Assembly: GCA_003576915.1 (NCBI GenBank) | Contig: QEVF01000019.1 | Span: forward strand, 71,153-135,152 | Direction of reading: 5' to 3' | Source of the DNA: Planctomycetota bacterium | Lineage (GTDB): Bacteria > Planctomycetota > UBA8742 > UBA2392 | DNA length: 64,000 nucleotides | Shown here: piece after piece, positions 28,165 to 36,315 of the stretch | How positions within the stretch are numbered: the first letter of the stretch is position 1 | How the letters are laid out: each line of letters starts with the position of its first letter | Notes under the pieces: generated by a model | Database searches by the model: none | What the model was told of the DNA's origin: nothing | Seen by the model: only the letters and a program-made list of their open reading frames with translations | Program-made: the position numbers and the translations under genes

Positions 28165-30453
28165 CTACCCCACCTTTACCGTCACGATCGTGATGTCGTC
28201 GTGCTGGTCGTCGCTCTGGGCGTGGGCCTGCAGGGCGTTGACCAGCGTGGTCAAATACTGGCTCGAAGGCGCGTTGGCGGCCTGGGTCGTGATCTGGATC
28301 AGACGTTCGCTGCTGAACTCCTGACCGTCGGGGCTCATGGCCTCCGTCACACCGTCGGTGTAGATCACGACGCGGTCGCCACGCTGAAGCTGGATCGTCT
28401 CTTCCTTCATGTTTCGCTCAAACAGGCGCCCGTCCTTGTCAAAGCCCAGGGCAATGCCGCCCGGATTGATTTCCACGCACTGCTTGGTGCTCGCCCGATA
28501 CATCAGCAGCGGGTTGTGGCCCGCGCTGGCAACCGTCAGCCGCGCCGTGGGGATGTCCAGCAACATATAGAAGGCCGTCACGAACATGCCGCGCTTGATG
28601 TCCTTGGCCAGGGTGCGATTGACCTTGCAGAAGATGTCGCGCGGACTGAGGTTGGACTCGGCCTCATAGCTGACAAGCGCCTTGGTCATCATCATGACCA
28701 TGGAGCCGGGGATGCCCTTGCCGGAAACGTCGGCGCAGATCATGCCCAGGTGGGTCTTGTCGACGAGGAAGAAGTCGTAGTAGTCGCCGCCGACCTCTTT
28801 GCTGGGGGAGTAGTAGGCGCTGACGTCATAGCCGGCAATGCGCGGCACGTGCTTGGGCAGCAGGTTTTCCTGGATTTCCTTGGCGATGTCCAGGTCATGC
28901 TTGCGCGACTGATTCTCGGCCCAGACCTCCTGTGCCTGCTTGAGACCCGCGGCCATGTCGCCCAGCAGGCGAGATACGATTCCGACTTCGTCGCCGCTTT
29001 GGGCAAGGGGGCGATGGTCAAAGTTGCCGCCGCTGATGATCTGGATGTCCTGCATCAGTACCTGCAGGGGGCGTGTGATGTTCCCGCCGACGAAGAACGC
29101 CATGCCGATCGCGACGAGGATGGCCACGACGGAGACGCCAAGCAGGGTCAGCACCAGGTTGCTCTGGCGGGCGTTGATGTACTTGCGGTCCAGATAGAGC
29201 GTGACGGTATCGCCCGAGCGCTGGTCGCGCGAGAAACTGAAGGCGGGCTCCTCAAAGGCCGTGGCCGCAGGGTCAATCTCGATGTCGCCCAACTTGCGCT
29301 TGGCCGACGATTGGCTGAGATCGGGTTTCTTGTCGGTCTTGGCGTGGCTGACAAGAGACATCTCGCGAGGCTCGAAGCCAGGCAGCATGCCGGCCTTGAT
29401 CTCAAATTGGATCAGGCGGATCTGGCTGTCGTCGGCGTTGGTCAGGGCGTCGAGGGTCGCTGAAAAGTCCTTGCGGTACTCCGTGTAAATCACCCGCCGC
29501 AGGCCGCCCCGCGTATCGGCAATGAGCGAGTTCATCGTCTCGTTCGCGAGCTTCGTGCGCAGGTCTTCCCAGGGCTTGCCCTTGACCTGGTAGGCCGACT
29601 GCAGGTCCGAGAAGTAGTCCTTGAACGTGCGCATGGCCTCGTCATTGACAACTCGCGGCGTGGAGGGCTCGGGCAGGGCCACGCCGGGGGCCAGCTTCTT
29701 GAGTTCAGCCCAGGCGTGGGGGCCGATGATCTGGCCGCGCTGCTCGTCCGTGAGGGCGGCAAGCTGGCCCTGGTCGCCGGCGGTCTTGAGTTCGGAGGCG
29801 ATGACGACCCAGATGCGGTCATTGACCAGTTGCTGGTAGTTGGCAAAGGAGCGGCAGGCCGGAATCTGGGTGTTGAACCATGGGAACTGGATGGTTGCGC
29901 CCGTGCGGACTTTGGGCCATTCCTTGTGCAGGCCGCGCCAGTAGGTATCGAACTTCGTGCGTGTATTGCCTTGCGAGAAATAGGCAATCATGCCGGTGTC
30001 CGACACGGTGTTGCGATAGTTCTCGTAGAGCGCCTCCGCCTGCTGAAGGTTGGCGCGGCCCGACTGTTCGACCGTGGCCTCAAGGCTTGAACGGCCGATG
30101 GCCTGCACGATCAGGAAGATGACAACCACGATGGCGATGGTCAGGCCGCTCATGGCCAGCACCACCTTCATTTTGATGGGCAGACCCTGAGGCTTCGTCG
30201 AAACAATCACGCGGCGCGCGGGTTGGCCCGGCGCGGCAGCCGCCGTTGAGGTGCCACGACCCGCGGGCGGAGGAGGCGGGACCGTGCTGCCGCCTGCGCC
30301 GTGGGCAGGAATCTGGCCGGAGGACTTCCGGGCCGCGGCGGGGGGCGGCGTGTTGAGGCGTCCCTGAGCGGGTCGTGAAGCCGGCTTCTCTGCCGGAGCG
30401 GATGGGGGTTTGGCCCCCGGATTGCTGGGGCCTTTGGGCGGTGTATTAGCCAT
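28165..30453 (-). CDS. Membrane-bound PP2C-family (SpoIIE/RsbU-like) serine phosphatase with a large periplasmic domain and HAMP
   Basis: 762 aa. It has a Pro/Ala-rich N-terminus, a first TM (VVLAMSGLTIAIVVVIFLIV), ~270 aa of extracytoplasmic sequence, a second TM and a HAMP domain (ITRPLQVLMQDIQIISGGNF...GDEVGIVSRLLGDMAAGL). The PP2C core reads AKEIQENLLP...GGDYYDFF...ADVSGKGIPGSMVM...LYTDGVTEA. Confidence 0.85.
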   Translation of the reverse strand: MANTPPKGPSNPGAKPPSAPAEKPASRPAQGRLNTPPPAAARKSSGQIPAHGAGGSTVPPPPPAGRGTSTAAAAPGQPARRVIVSTKPQGLPIKMKVVLAMSGLTIAIVVVIFLIVQAIGRSSLEATVEQSGRANLQQAEALYENYRNTVSDTGMIAYFSQGNTRTKFDTYWRGLHKEWPKVRTGATIQFPWFNTQIPACRSFANYQQLVNDRIWVVIASELKTAGDQGQLAALTDEQRGQIIGPHAWAELKKLAPGVALPEPSTPRVVNDEAMRTFKDYFSDLQSAYQVKGKPWEDLRTKLANETMNSLIADTRGGLRRVIYTEYRKDFSATLDALTNADDSQIRLIQFEIKAGMLPGFEPREMSLVSHAKTDKKPDLSQSSAKRKLGDIEIDPAATAFEEPAFSFSRDQRSGDTVTLYLDRKYINARQSNLVLTLLGVSVVAILVAIGMAFFVGGNITRPLQVLMQDIQIISGGNFDHRPLAQSGDEVGIVSRLLGDMAAGLKQAQEVWAENQSRKHDLDIAKEIQENLLPKHVPRIAGYDVSAYYSPSKEVGGDYYDFFLVDKTHLGMICADVSGKGIPGSMVMMMTKALVSYEAESNLSPRDIFCKVNRTLAKDIKRGMFVTAFYMLLDIPTARLTVASAGHNPLLMYRASTKQCVEINPGGIALGFDKDGRLFERNMKEETIQLQRGDRVVIYTDGVTEAMSPDGQEFSSERLIQITTQAANAPSSQYLTTLVNALQAHAQSDDQHDDITIVTVKVG

Positions 30454-30480
30454 CGTTGAGCCGACCGTCCTTCATGGTTT

Positions 30481-30900
30481 CTATACATGGGCCGGCGCCA
30501 GCAGGCGCAGGGCCCAGATTGTCCACGCTCCAAGGCACGCGGCAGCCAGATCATCCGCGAGTATGCCTGCGCTGCGCGGCAGGTGTTCGAAGCTGCTTAC
30601 GGGCCAAGGTTTGGCGATATCGTAAAAGCGGAAAACGATGAAGGCGAAGCAAAAGTCGGCCCAGCTTGGGTTTCCGAGCAAAGCCACAAGCAGGGCAAAG
30701 GCCGCGGCCTCGTCCATCACAAACCAGCCGGGGTCCGGCCCCTGCCCCGGCCGTCGCAGGACCCGCTCGCCGAGGGCCAGGCTGGCTACGGAGAGGGCCA
30801 GGGCGGCTCCCCAGAGGGCCAGGGGCGAAGGGGAGGCCAGCATTATCCAAAGGCCAAGGCCGGTCGCGGCCACGGCCGTACCCGCCGTGCCCCGGAGCAC
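30481..30900 (-). CDS. pgpA: Phosphatidylglycerophosphatase A (PgpA); the true N-terminus probably lies upstream of the annotated GTG
   Basis: VMDEAAAFALLVALLG...FIVFRFYDIAKPWPVSSFEHLP..AGILADDLAAACLGA matches PgpA. The homologous LLGSLFLSGFAPVLRGTAGT segment (E. coli LLAVGFGSGLSPIVPGTMGS) starts before the GTG at 30900. Confidence 0.75.
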   Translation of the reverse strand: MLRGTAGTAVAATGLGLWIMLASPSPLALWGAALALSVASLALGERVLRRPGQGPDPGWFVMDEAAAFALLVALLGNPSWADFCFAFIVFRFYDIAKPWPVSSFEHLPRSAGILADDLAAACLGAWTIWALRLLAPAHV

Positions 30901-31077
30901 GGGGGCAAAGCCGCTGAGGAACAGGCTGCCGAGCAGAACCTCTGGACGCAGGCGCTCGGCCAGGGGCGGATCCTGGAGTTCCGGGCGGCGTGACGGGTCT
31001 GTGTAGGCAGGGGACGAAATGCTGCTATCCTGTCGCGGGGGTTGAGGGCCGGCTTTCTTTTAGCGGAATGCGCGGCC

Positions 31078-31452
31078 ATGCAAAAGCTGAAGTTCTCGAC
31101 AGGTATCGTCCGGAAGGCCTGGGTGCTTCGCGTGGGCGGAGTGGTGGATGCCGCCAATGCGCCCCTGCTTCGCGAGCGGCTGTGGGAAACCCTGGGCCTT
31201 GAATGCCCGGCACTTCTCCTGGACCTTTCGGGGGTTGAAGGAATGGACAGCGCGGGCGTGGCGGTTCTGGCGGAGTTCCACGCCCAGTTACGACAGAAGT
31301 CGCGCGTACTGGGACTTGTGGGACAGTCCCCGCCCGTGCGTCGGTTGCTTGAGGTGCTCCGGGCCCATGACGTGGTCTGTGACTGTTACAGCACCCTTGA
31401 CGAAGGCATCAGGCGGACTCAGAAACTGAGGCCGCAGGCCACTCCGGGCTAG
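31078..31452 (+). CDS. STAS-domain protein (MlaB-like accessory subunit of the adjacent Mla transporter)
   Basis: ATG at 31078 within ORF 31042..31452. LLLDLSGVEGMDSAGVAVLAEFHAQL...VLGLVGQSPPVRRLLEVL is a STAS pattern. It lies directly upstream of mlaE (4-nt gap). Confidence 0.7.
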   Translation: MQKLKFSTGIVRKAWVLRVGGVVDAANAPLLRERLWETLGLECPALLLDLSGVEGMDSAGVAVLAEFHAQLRQKSRVLGLVGQSPPVRRLLEVLRAHDVVCDCYSTLDEGIRRTQKLRPQATPG

Positions 31453-31455
31453 TCC

Positions 31456-32277
31456 ATGCTGATTCTGACAGAGTCGCTTACCGCCGTCGGGTCCGTCATC
31501 AACGCACAACTGAGCGCATTGGGCCGCACGGTGCGATTCGGCGGCAGTGCCGCGCTCTATGCCGCCCGGGGAGTCATCAACCGGCGCATCTATCCCCGTC
31601 ACGATCTGGTGGTGCAGATCGATTACACGGGGGCCCGCAGCACGCCCATCATGATCCTTACGGGCTTTCTCGTGGGAATGACCCTGGTGGCACAGACCAC
31701 GCCGACTCTGGGCCGCTATGGCCCTCAGGAACTGGTGGCGGGCGTAGTGGGTGTCAGCGTGTTGCGCACCCTGGGTCCTGTGCTGGCGGCCATCATCTTC
31801 GCCGGGCGAGTGGGCGCGGGCTTCACGGCCGAGCTAGGCACCATGAAAGTCGGCGAGGAAGTTCAGGCCCTGGAAACCATGGGCATCGACCCCATCGGCT
31901 ATCTGGTCGCTCCGCGTTTTTTTGCGGCCGTGATCATGCTGCCTTGCCTGACCATCTGCTTTGACGCGGCGGCCCTGATCGGCGGGTTCATCATTGGCGT
32001 ATACAACTTCAACATTCCGCCCGAGGATTACCTCGATGTGACCAAGCAGTTCGTCTACATCTCGAACTTCACGTTCGGGGTGTTCAAGAGCGCGGTGTTC
32101 GCCGTCATCATCACGGTGGTCTGCTGCTACAAGGGTTTCACCGTGCAGGGCAGCGCCATGGAGGTCGGCCGCGCGACCATGCAGGCTATCGTGGTGTGTC
32201 TGGTCAGCATCATCTTCACGGATTTCGTGCTGGCGCTCTTCTACAACATCCTGGCCCGGTACGACATCGTTCAGTAG
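31456..32277 (+). CDS. mlaE: MlaE-family ABC transporter permease
   Basis: 273 aa. GPQELVAGVVGVSVLRTLGPVLAAIIFAGRVGAGFTAELGTMKVGEEVQALETMGIDPIGYLVAPRF is the MlaE/YrbE signature region. Confidence 0.85.
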   Translation: MLILTESLTAVGSVINAQLSALGRTVRFGGSAALYAARGVINRRIYPRHDLVVQIDYTGARSTPIMILTGFLVGMTLVAQTTPTLGRYGPQELVAGVVGVSVLRTLGPVLAAIIFAGRVGAGFTAELGTMKVGEEVQALETMGIDPIGYLVAPRFFAAVIMLPCLTICFDAAALIGGFIIGVYNFNIPPEDYLDVTKQFVYISNFTFGVFKSAVFAVIITVVCCYKGFTVQGSAMEVGRATMQAIVVCLVSIIFTDFVLALFYNILARYDIVQ

Positions 32278-32284
32278 GGGGCCC

Positions 32285-33166
32285 ATGGCGGGACAGGTGA
32301 ACATTGATCTTCCCCGGCCGCGCGGCGAAGGCCAGTTGCGCAGCGAGGGTCCCGTCATCAAGGTCGAGCACCTGACCAAGCGCTACGGCGACAAAGTGGT
32401 GCTGGACGACATCTCGTTTGAGCTGGCTCGCGGACGAGTGTACGTGATCATGGGCCCCTCGGGTTGCGGCAAGAGCACGCTGCTGCGCATGATGATTGGA
32501 GCCGAGGCTCCGGACGCCGGCCGCGTGCTGCTGGACGGAGTGGACATCACCACGGCCGACAAGCGCACCCGCGAGGAAGCCCGGCGCAAGTTCGGCGTGC
32601 TCTTCCAGAGTTCCGCCCTGCTCAACGGCCTGACGGTGGCCGAGAATGTGGCCCTGCCTATCGCCCAGCATACGGACCTGCTGCGCAGCACCATCGATCT
32701 GATGGTGCGCCTGAAGCTCGAGCTGGTGGGCATGGGCGACGCCGCCGACAAGTTTCCCTATGAGATTTCCGGCGGCATGAAGAAGCGGGCCGGTCTGGCG
32801 CGCGCCATTGCCCTGGACCCGGCCATCGTGTTCTATGACGAGCCTTCGGCGGGCCTCGATCCCGTCATGGTGGGCGTCATTGACAAACTGATCAAGGATC
32901 TGACCAGCAAGCTGGGCATCACCAGCGTGGTCATCACCCACGAAATGCCCTCGATCTTCCGCATCGCCGATGAGGCCATCATGCTCTATGGCGGCAAGAT
33001 CGTGTTTCAGGGCAGCCCCGGCGCCCTGCGCAATTCCTCCTCGCCGCTCGTGCGCCAGTTCATCAACGGCGATCCCGAGGGTCCCATCAACGCCCCGCGC
33101 CAGCTGGCTGAACTCAGTGAGCGCCTCTTTGGCTCGGGCCGCGCCCCGGCGGGAGGCGCGTCATGA
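32285..33166 (+). CDS. mlaF: MlaF-like ABC transporter ATP-binding protein
   Basis: Walker A is GPSGCGKSTLLR, the Q-loop is FQSSAL, the ABC signature is ISGGMKKRAGLARA and Walker B is IVFYDEPSAGLDP. Confidence 0.85.
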   Translation: MAGQVNIDLPRPRGEGQLRSEGPVIKVEHLTKRYGDKVVLDDISFELARGRVYVIMGPSGCGKSTLLRMMIGAEAPDAGRVLLDGVDITTADKRTREEARRKFGVLFQSSALLNGLTVAENVALPIAQHTDLLRSTIDLMVRLKLELVGMGDAADKFPYEISGGMKKRAGLARAIALDPAIVFYDEPSAGLDPVMVGVIDKLIKDLTSKLGITSVVITHEMPSIFRIADEAIMLYGGKIVFQGSPGALRNSSSPLVRQFINGDPEGPINAPRQLAELSERLFGSGRAPAGGAS

Positions 33167-34272
33167 GCAGCTCCGAAGACCGGCGCCTGAACCTGTGGCT
33201 GGGTGCGGCTTTTCTCGTCGCGCTGGCCTGCGGCGCCCTTTACCTGGCCATCAAGCCGATGGTGGCGGCAACGCCGGAGCCCGCGCGCCGCTTCGTTGCC
33301 TACTTTGACGACGCCGGCGGCATCTCCAAGGGCGACGTTGTGCGCATCAAGGGTCGCCGCGCCGGCAGCGTGCTTGACGCCACGGTGGTCCGGCGCGACG
33401 GCCGCTCGGTGGTGCGCGTTGAGTTCGAGATCGCGCCGGGCAGCGGCTCGACGTGGCTGCGCGACGGGGCCATCGCCGCGGACAGCGAAATCCGCATCCG
33501 GCCTGCGGGCATGCTGGGGCGCCCCTCCATCAGCATCACGATTGGCAATGACACCTCCAAGCTCATCCGCGAGGGCGAAGAGTGGAAGCGGGCCAAGGGC
33601 GTCAGCGGGGTCGATCAGTTCACGCAATGGAGTGAAGAACTGCGCAAGATCGAGGCGGGCATCGACCAGTTCATTGCCCTGGTCTCTGACCGCGAGATGA
33701 TCGACAACCTCAAGGCGCAGGTTGCCGACTTGCGCCAGGCATTGGCCCAGGCCCAGGAAAGGGTCGAGGCCGGCATGGCCCAGTCGGCGGACTTTGAGGC
33801 GAGGCTGGAGGAGATGCGCCTGGCACTGGCGGAACTCAATCAGGAGCTGGAGGCGCAGGGGCCGCAGCTTTCGAACAATATCAGCCGTCTCCACGAGCAA
33901 CTGGCTGAAACGCCCAAGGCACTGGAGGATGCATCAGAGAACATCGCGAAGATCCATTCTCAGGTGCTGGAGTTTGGCAAGAGCCTCGAAAACAGCACGG
34001 CCGGCGGCAACACCGACGAGCTTTCGAGCGTGCTGCGCAGCTTCAGGCGGCTTTCGGCCACCCTGCGCGCCTCCTGTGAGCGAGCGGCCGTGGACCCCAA
34101 GCAGGCCGGCGACATGCCCCCCTGGCGGCTTTCGCGGCGCTTCTTCAACGGCGCCAACACGGTGCTGGAGCCGGCCGAGCAGGCGGAGGCTGCCTCGCCT
34201 TCCAGGCCGCCGAAGATCGTCGAACCGCCCCGTCAGCGCCCCACCAAACCCGAAGAACCGCTGCACGACTGA
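33163..34272 (+). CDS. MCE/MlaD-family substrate-binding protein with a long coiled-coil C-terminus
   Basis: Its start overlaps the mlaF stop (ATGA). It has an N-terminal TM and an MCE beta-barrel pattern (FDDAGGISKGDVVRIKGRRAGSV...). The helical tail is extended and ends in a Pro-rich segment. Confidence 0.8.
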   Translation: MSSSEDRRLNLWLGAAFLVALACGALYLAIKPMVAATPEPARRFVAYFDDAGGISKGDVVRIKGRRAGSVLDATVVRRDGRSVVRVEFEIAPGSGSTWLRDGAIAADSEIRIRPAGMLGRPSISITIGNDTSKLIREGEEWKRAKGVSGVDQFTQWSEELRKIEAGIDQFIALVSDREMIDNLKAQVADLRQALAQAQERVEAGMAQSADFEARLEEMRLALAELNQELEAQGPQLSNNISRLHEQLAETPKALEDASENIAKIHSQVLEFGKSLENSTAGGNTDELSSVLRSFRRLSATLRASCERAAVDPKQAGDMPPWRLSRRFFNGANTVLEPAEQAEAASPSRPPKIVEPPRQRPTKPEEPLHD

Positions 34273-34287
34273 ACCCAAAGGACTGTC

Positions 34288-35361
34288 ATGGCTCGCAAGA
34301 ACTCCAGGTCCGACCTCATCACAGGCGCTTTTGCCCTGTTTGTGATCGCCTGTTCGGTGTTTGTGGTGCTGTTTCTGCAGGCTGTCGGGCCTCGGGTCGA
34401 GGGCGCCCGCTACACCGTGGTGTTCGAAGATGTCGGCGGCCTGGGCGGCAACGCACCCCTGATTGTCGCCGGGCAGAAGGTAGGCAAGGTCGAGTTCATC
34501 CGCACCCAGCCTGTGACCCGCAGCGACCAATCCCGCGCCGTCGAGGTCGAGGTCGGCATCATTGTCGATGAGAAGTATGCCTCGGCCGTGGTGATTCCCA
34601 TCGATTCCGTGGCCACGGTGCAGATGGGCAGCCTGTTTGGCGGGTCCCAGCTTGTGCTCAGGCTGGGCACGGCCAAGGAGATCGTGCAGCCCGGCCAGCG
34701 CCTGCCCAACATGGGCCGCCCTCCCGTCAGCCTCAACGACATCATCGACAGCGCCCAGGTCACCATCAAGAAGCTCCAGGTCGGGCTCGACCAACTCGCG
34801 GAGGTTCTGGCGGACCCGCGGTTCTCTTCCAACATCAAGGAATCCATGGAGAGCCTGCGCTCGACCCTGAAAACCCTCGATGAAGGCCTCAAGAAAATGG
34901 AGCCCGCCTTTGGCAAGATCGGCCCCACACTCGACAACGCCAACGACCTTCTGACCGAGATGCGCACCCTGATCAAGGACAACAACGAGACCATCACCAG
35001 CGCCATCAAGCACATGGAAGGCGCGGCCAAGGGCGCCGACGACCTGCTCAACGGCGACGCCAAGGCCCTCGTGACGGACCTGCGCAAGATTGCCGACAAC
35101 CTCGACAAGCTGGCCGGCAACCTCAATAACGTCGTGCTGGACAATCAGGGAAACATCGCCGTATCCATGGCAAACATCCGCGAAAGCACCGAGAGCATCC
35201 GTGTGTTTGCCCGGCGCATCGAGCGCGACCCCAGCCTGCTGATCTGGGGAAGCGACGAACCCCAGGCCGACCCCAATGCGCCCGCGCCCCGCAAGACCAG
35301 CGATGTGGATGAATGGAGCATGCGGCGCAGCGGCCGCCTGCCCCGCCGCGCCAACGAGTAG
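34288..35361 (+). CDS. Second MCE/MlaD-family protein
   Basis: ATG is preceded by AAGGA. It has an N-terminal TM and an MCE pattern (VVFEDVGGLGGNAPLIVAGQKVGKVEFI). A long helical region follows (LKTLDEGLKKMEP..., ...LDKLAGNLNNVV). Confidence 0.8.
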   Translation: MARKNSRSDLITGAFALFVIACSVFVVLFLQAVGPRVEGARYTVVFEDVGGLGGNAPLIVAGQKVGKVEFIRTQPVTRSDQSRAVEVEVGIIVDEKYASAVVIPIDSVATVQMGSLFGGSQLVLRLGTAKEIVQPGQRLPNMGRPPVSLNDIIDSAQVTIKKLQVGLDQLAEVLADPRFSSNIKESMESLRSTLKTLDEGLKKMEPAFGKIGPTLDNANDLLTEMRTLIKDNNETITSAIKHMEGAAKGADDLLNGDAKALVTDLRKIADNLDKLAGNLNNVVLDNQGNIAVSMANIRESTESIRVFARRIERDPSLLIWGSDEPQADPNAPAPRKTSDVDEWSMRRSGRLPRRANE

Positions 35362-35389
35362 ATGCCTGCCCACCGCGCAGAAAGAGACC

Positions 35390-36310
35390 ATGTTCAAGTC
35401 CGGACAAACTGAGAGATACTGGCTGCGCTGGGCCCTGGCCCTGGGCGTGCTGTTCATGGCGACGCTCACGGCCACCGGCTGCGGCGTGCCCCGCCTGACG
35501 ACCTTTGAACAGGGCGTGGAATACCTTGACGCCAACGACTACCCGCGCGCCATCGAGTGGTTCAAGAAGGACATCACGGAGAACGGCGAGACCCTTTCAA
35601 ACACCTACAACCTGGGTGTCTGCTATCAGGACCTGCGCAAGTTCGAGGAGGCCATCGAGTGGTACGAGCGCGCCCTCAAGCTGAGGCCCCGGGACGCTCG
35701 CTCCCTTGTCAACCTGGCCATGATCCAGCTTGAACTCAAGCGCGACCTTACGGCCCTGGGGCTGCTGGAAAAGGCAGCGGAGTCGGAGCGGGACCGCGCC
35801 TATCCGCTCGTCGCACTCGGCATCTATTATCAGCGCCTGGGGAACATGCCCAAGGCCGGAGAATACTATCGCGCGGCCGTCGGCCGCGAACAGAAGTCGG
35901 CCTATGCCTGGTTTCACTTCGGAACGTGGTACGAGGCCAACGACCTGATGGGTGACGCCGCTCAGGCCTATGACCGCGCCGCAGAGATCGACCCTTCGGA
36001 CCCCCTGGCCTTTGAAAGCGCGGCGCGATGCTATGCCCGCCTCAAGAACTGGTCTGCGGCAAGCCGCAACTACGACTACGCCATTGCGATTTCTCCGGAT
36101 CGGCCCGAACTCTACATCGCCTGCGCGGACGTCATGATCGAGCAGCAGCGCTACGAAAGGGCCACCCAGTACCTCTGGACGGCGCGGTCGTTGGTGCGAA
36201 ATGACGACCGAGGCATCCATGAACGCCTGGTCAAGCTCTACAAGCTGATGCACGAGTCGGAGTCCAGGCGCCAGTTGCCCAACGAAAAGAGCGCGGAGCC
36301 TCCGCGATAG
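35390..36310 (+). CDS. TPR-repeat lipoprotein
   Basis: ATG at 35390 within ORF 35276..36310. The signal peptide and lipobox are LGVLFMATLTATGC. It has at least five TPR-like units (e.g. YNLGVCYQDLRKFEEAIEWYERALKLRPRDA). Confidence 0.75.
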   Translation: MFKSGQTERYWLRWALALGVLFMATLTATGCGVPRLTTFEQGVEYLDANDYPRAIEWFKKDITENGETLSNTYNLGVCYQDLRKFEEAIEWYERALKLRPRDARSLVNLAMIQLELKRDLTALGLLEKAAESERDRAYPLVALGIYYQRLGNMPKAGEYYRAAVGREQKSAYAWFHFGTWYEANDLMGDAAQAYDRAAEIDPSDPLAFESAARCYARLKNWSAASRNYDYAIAISPDRPELYIACADVMIEQQRYERATQYLWTARSLVRNDDRGIHERLVKLYKLMHESESRRQLPNEKSAEPPR

Positions 36311-36315
36311 CGTGC

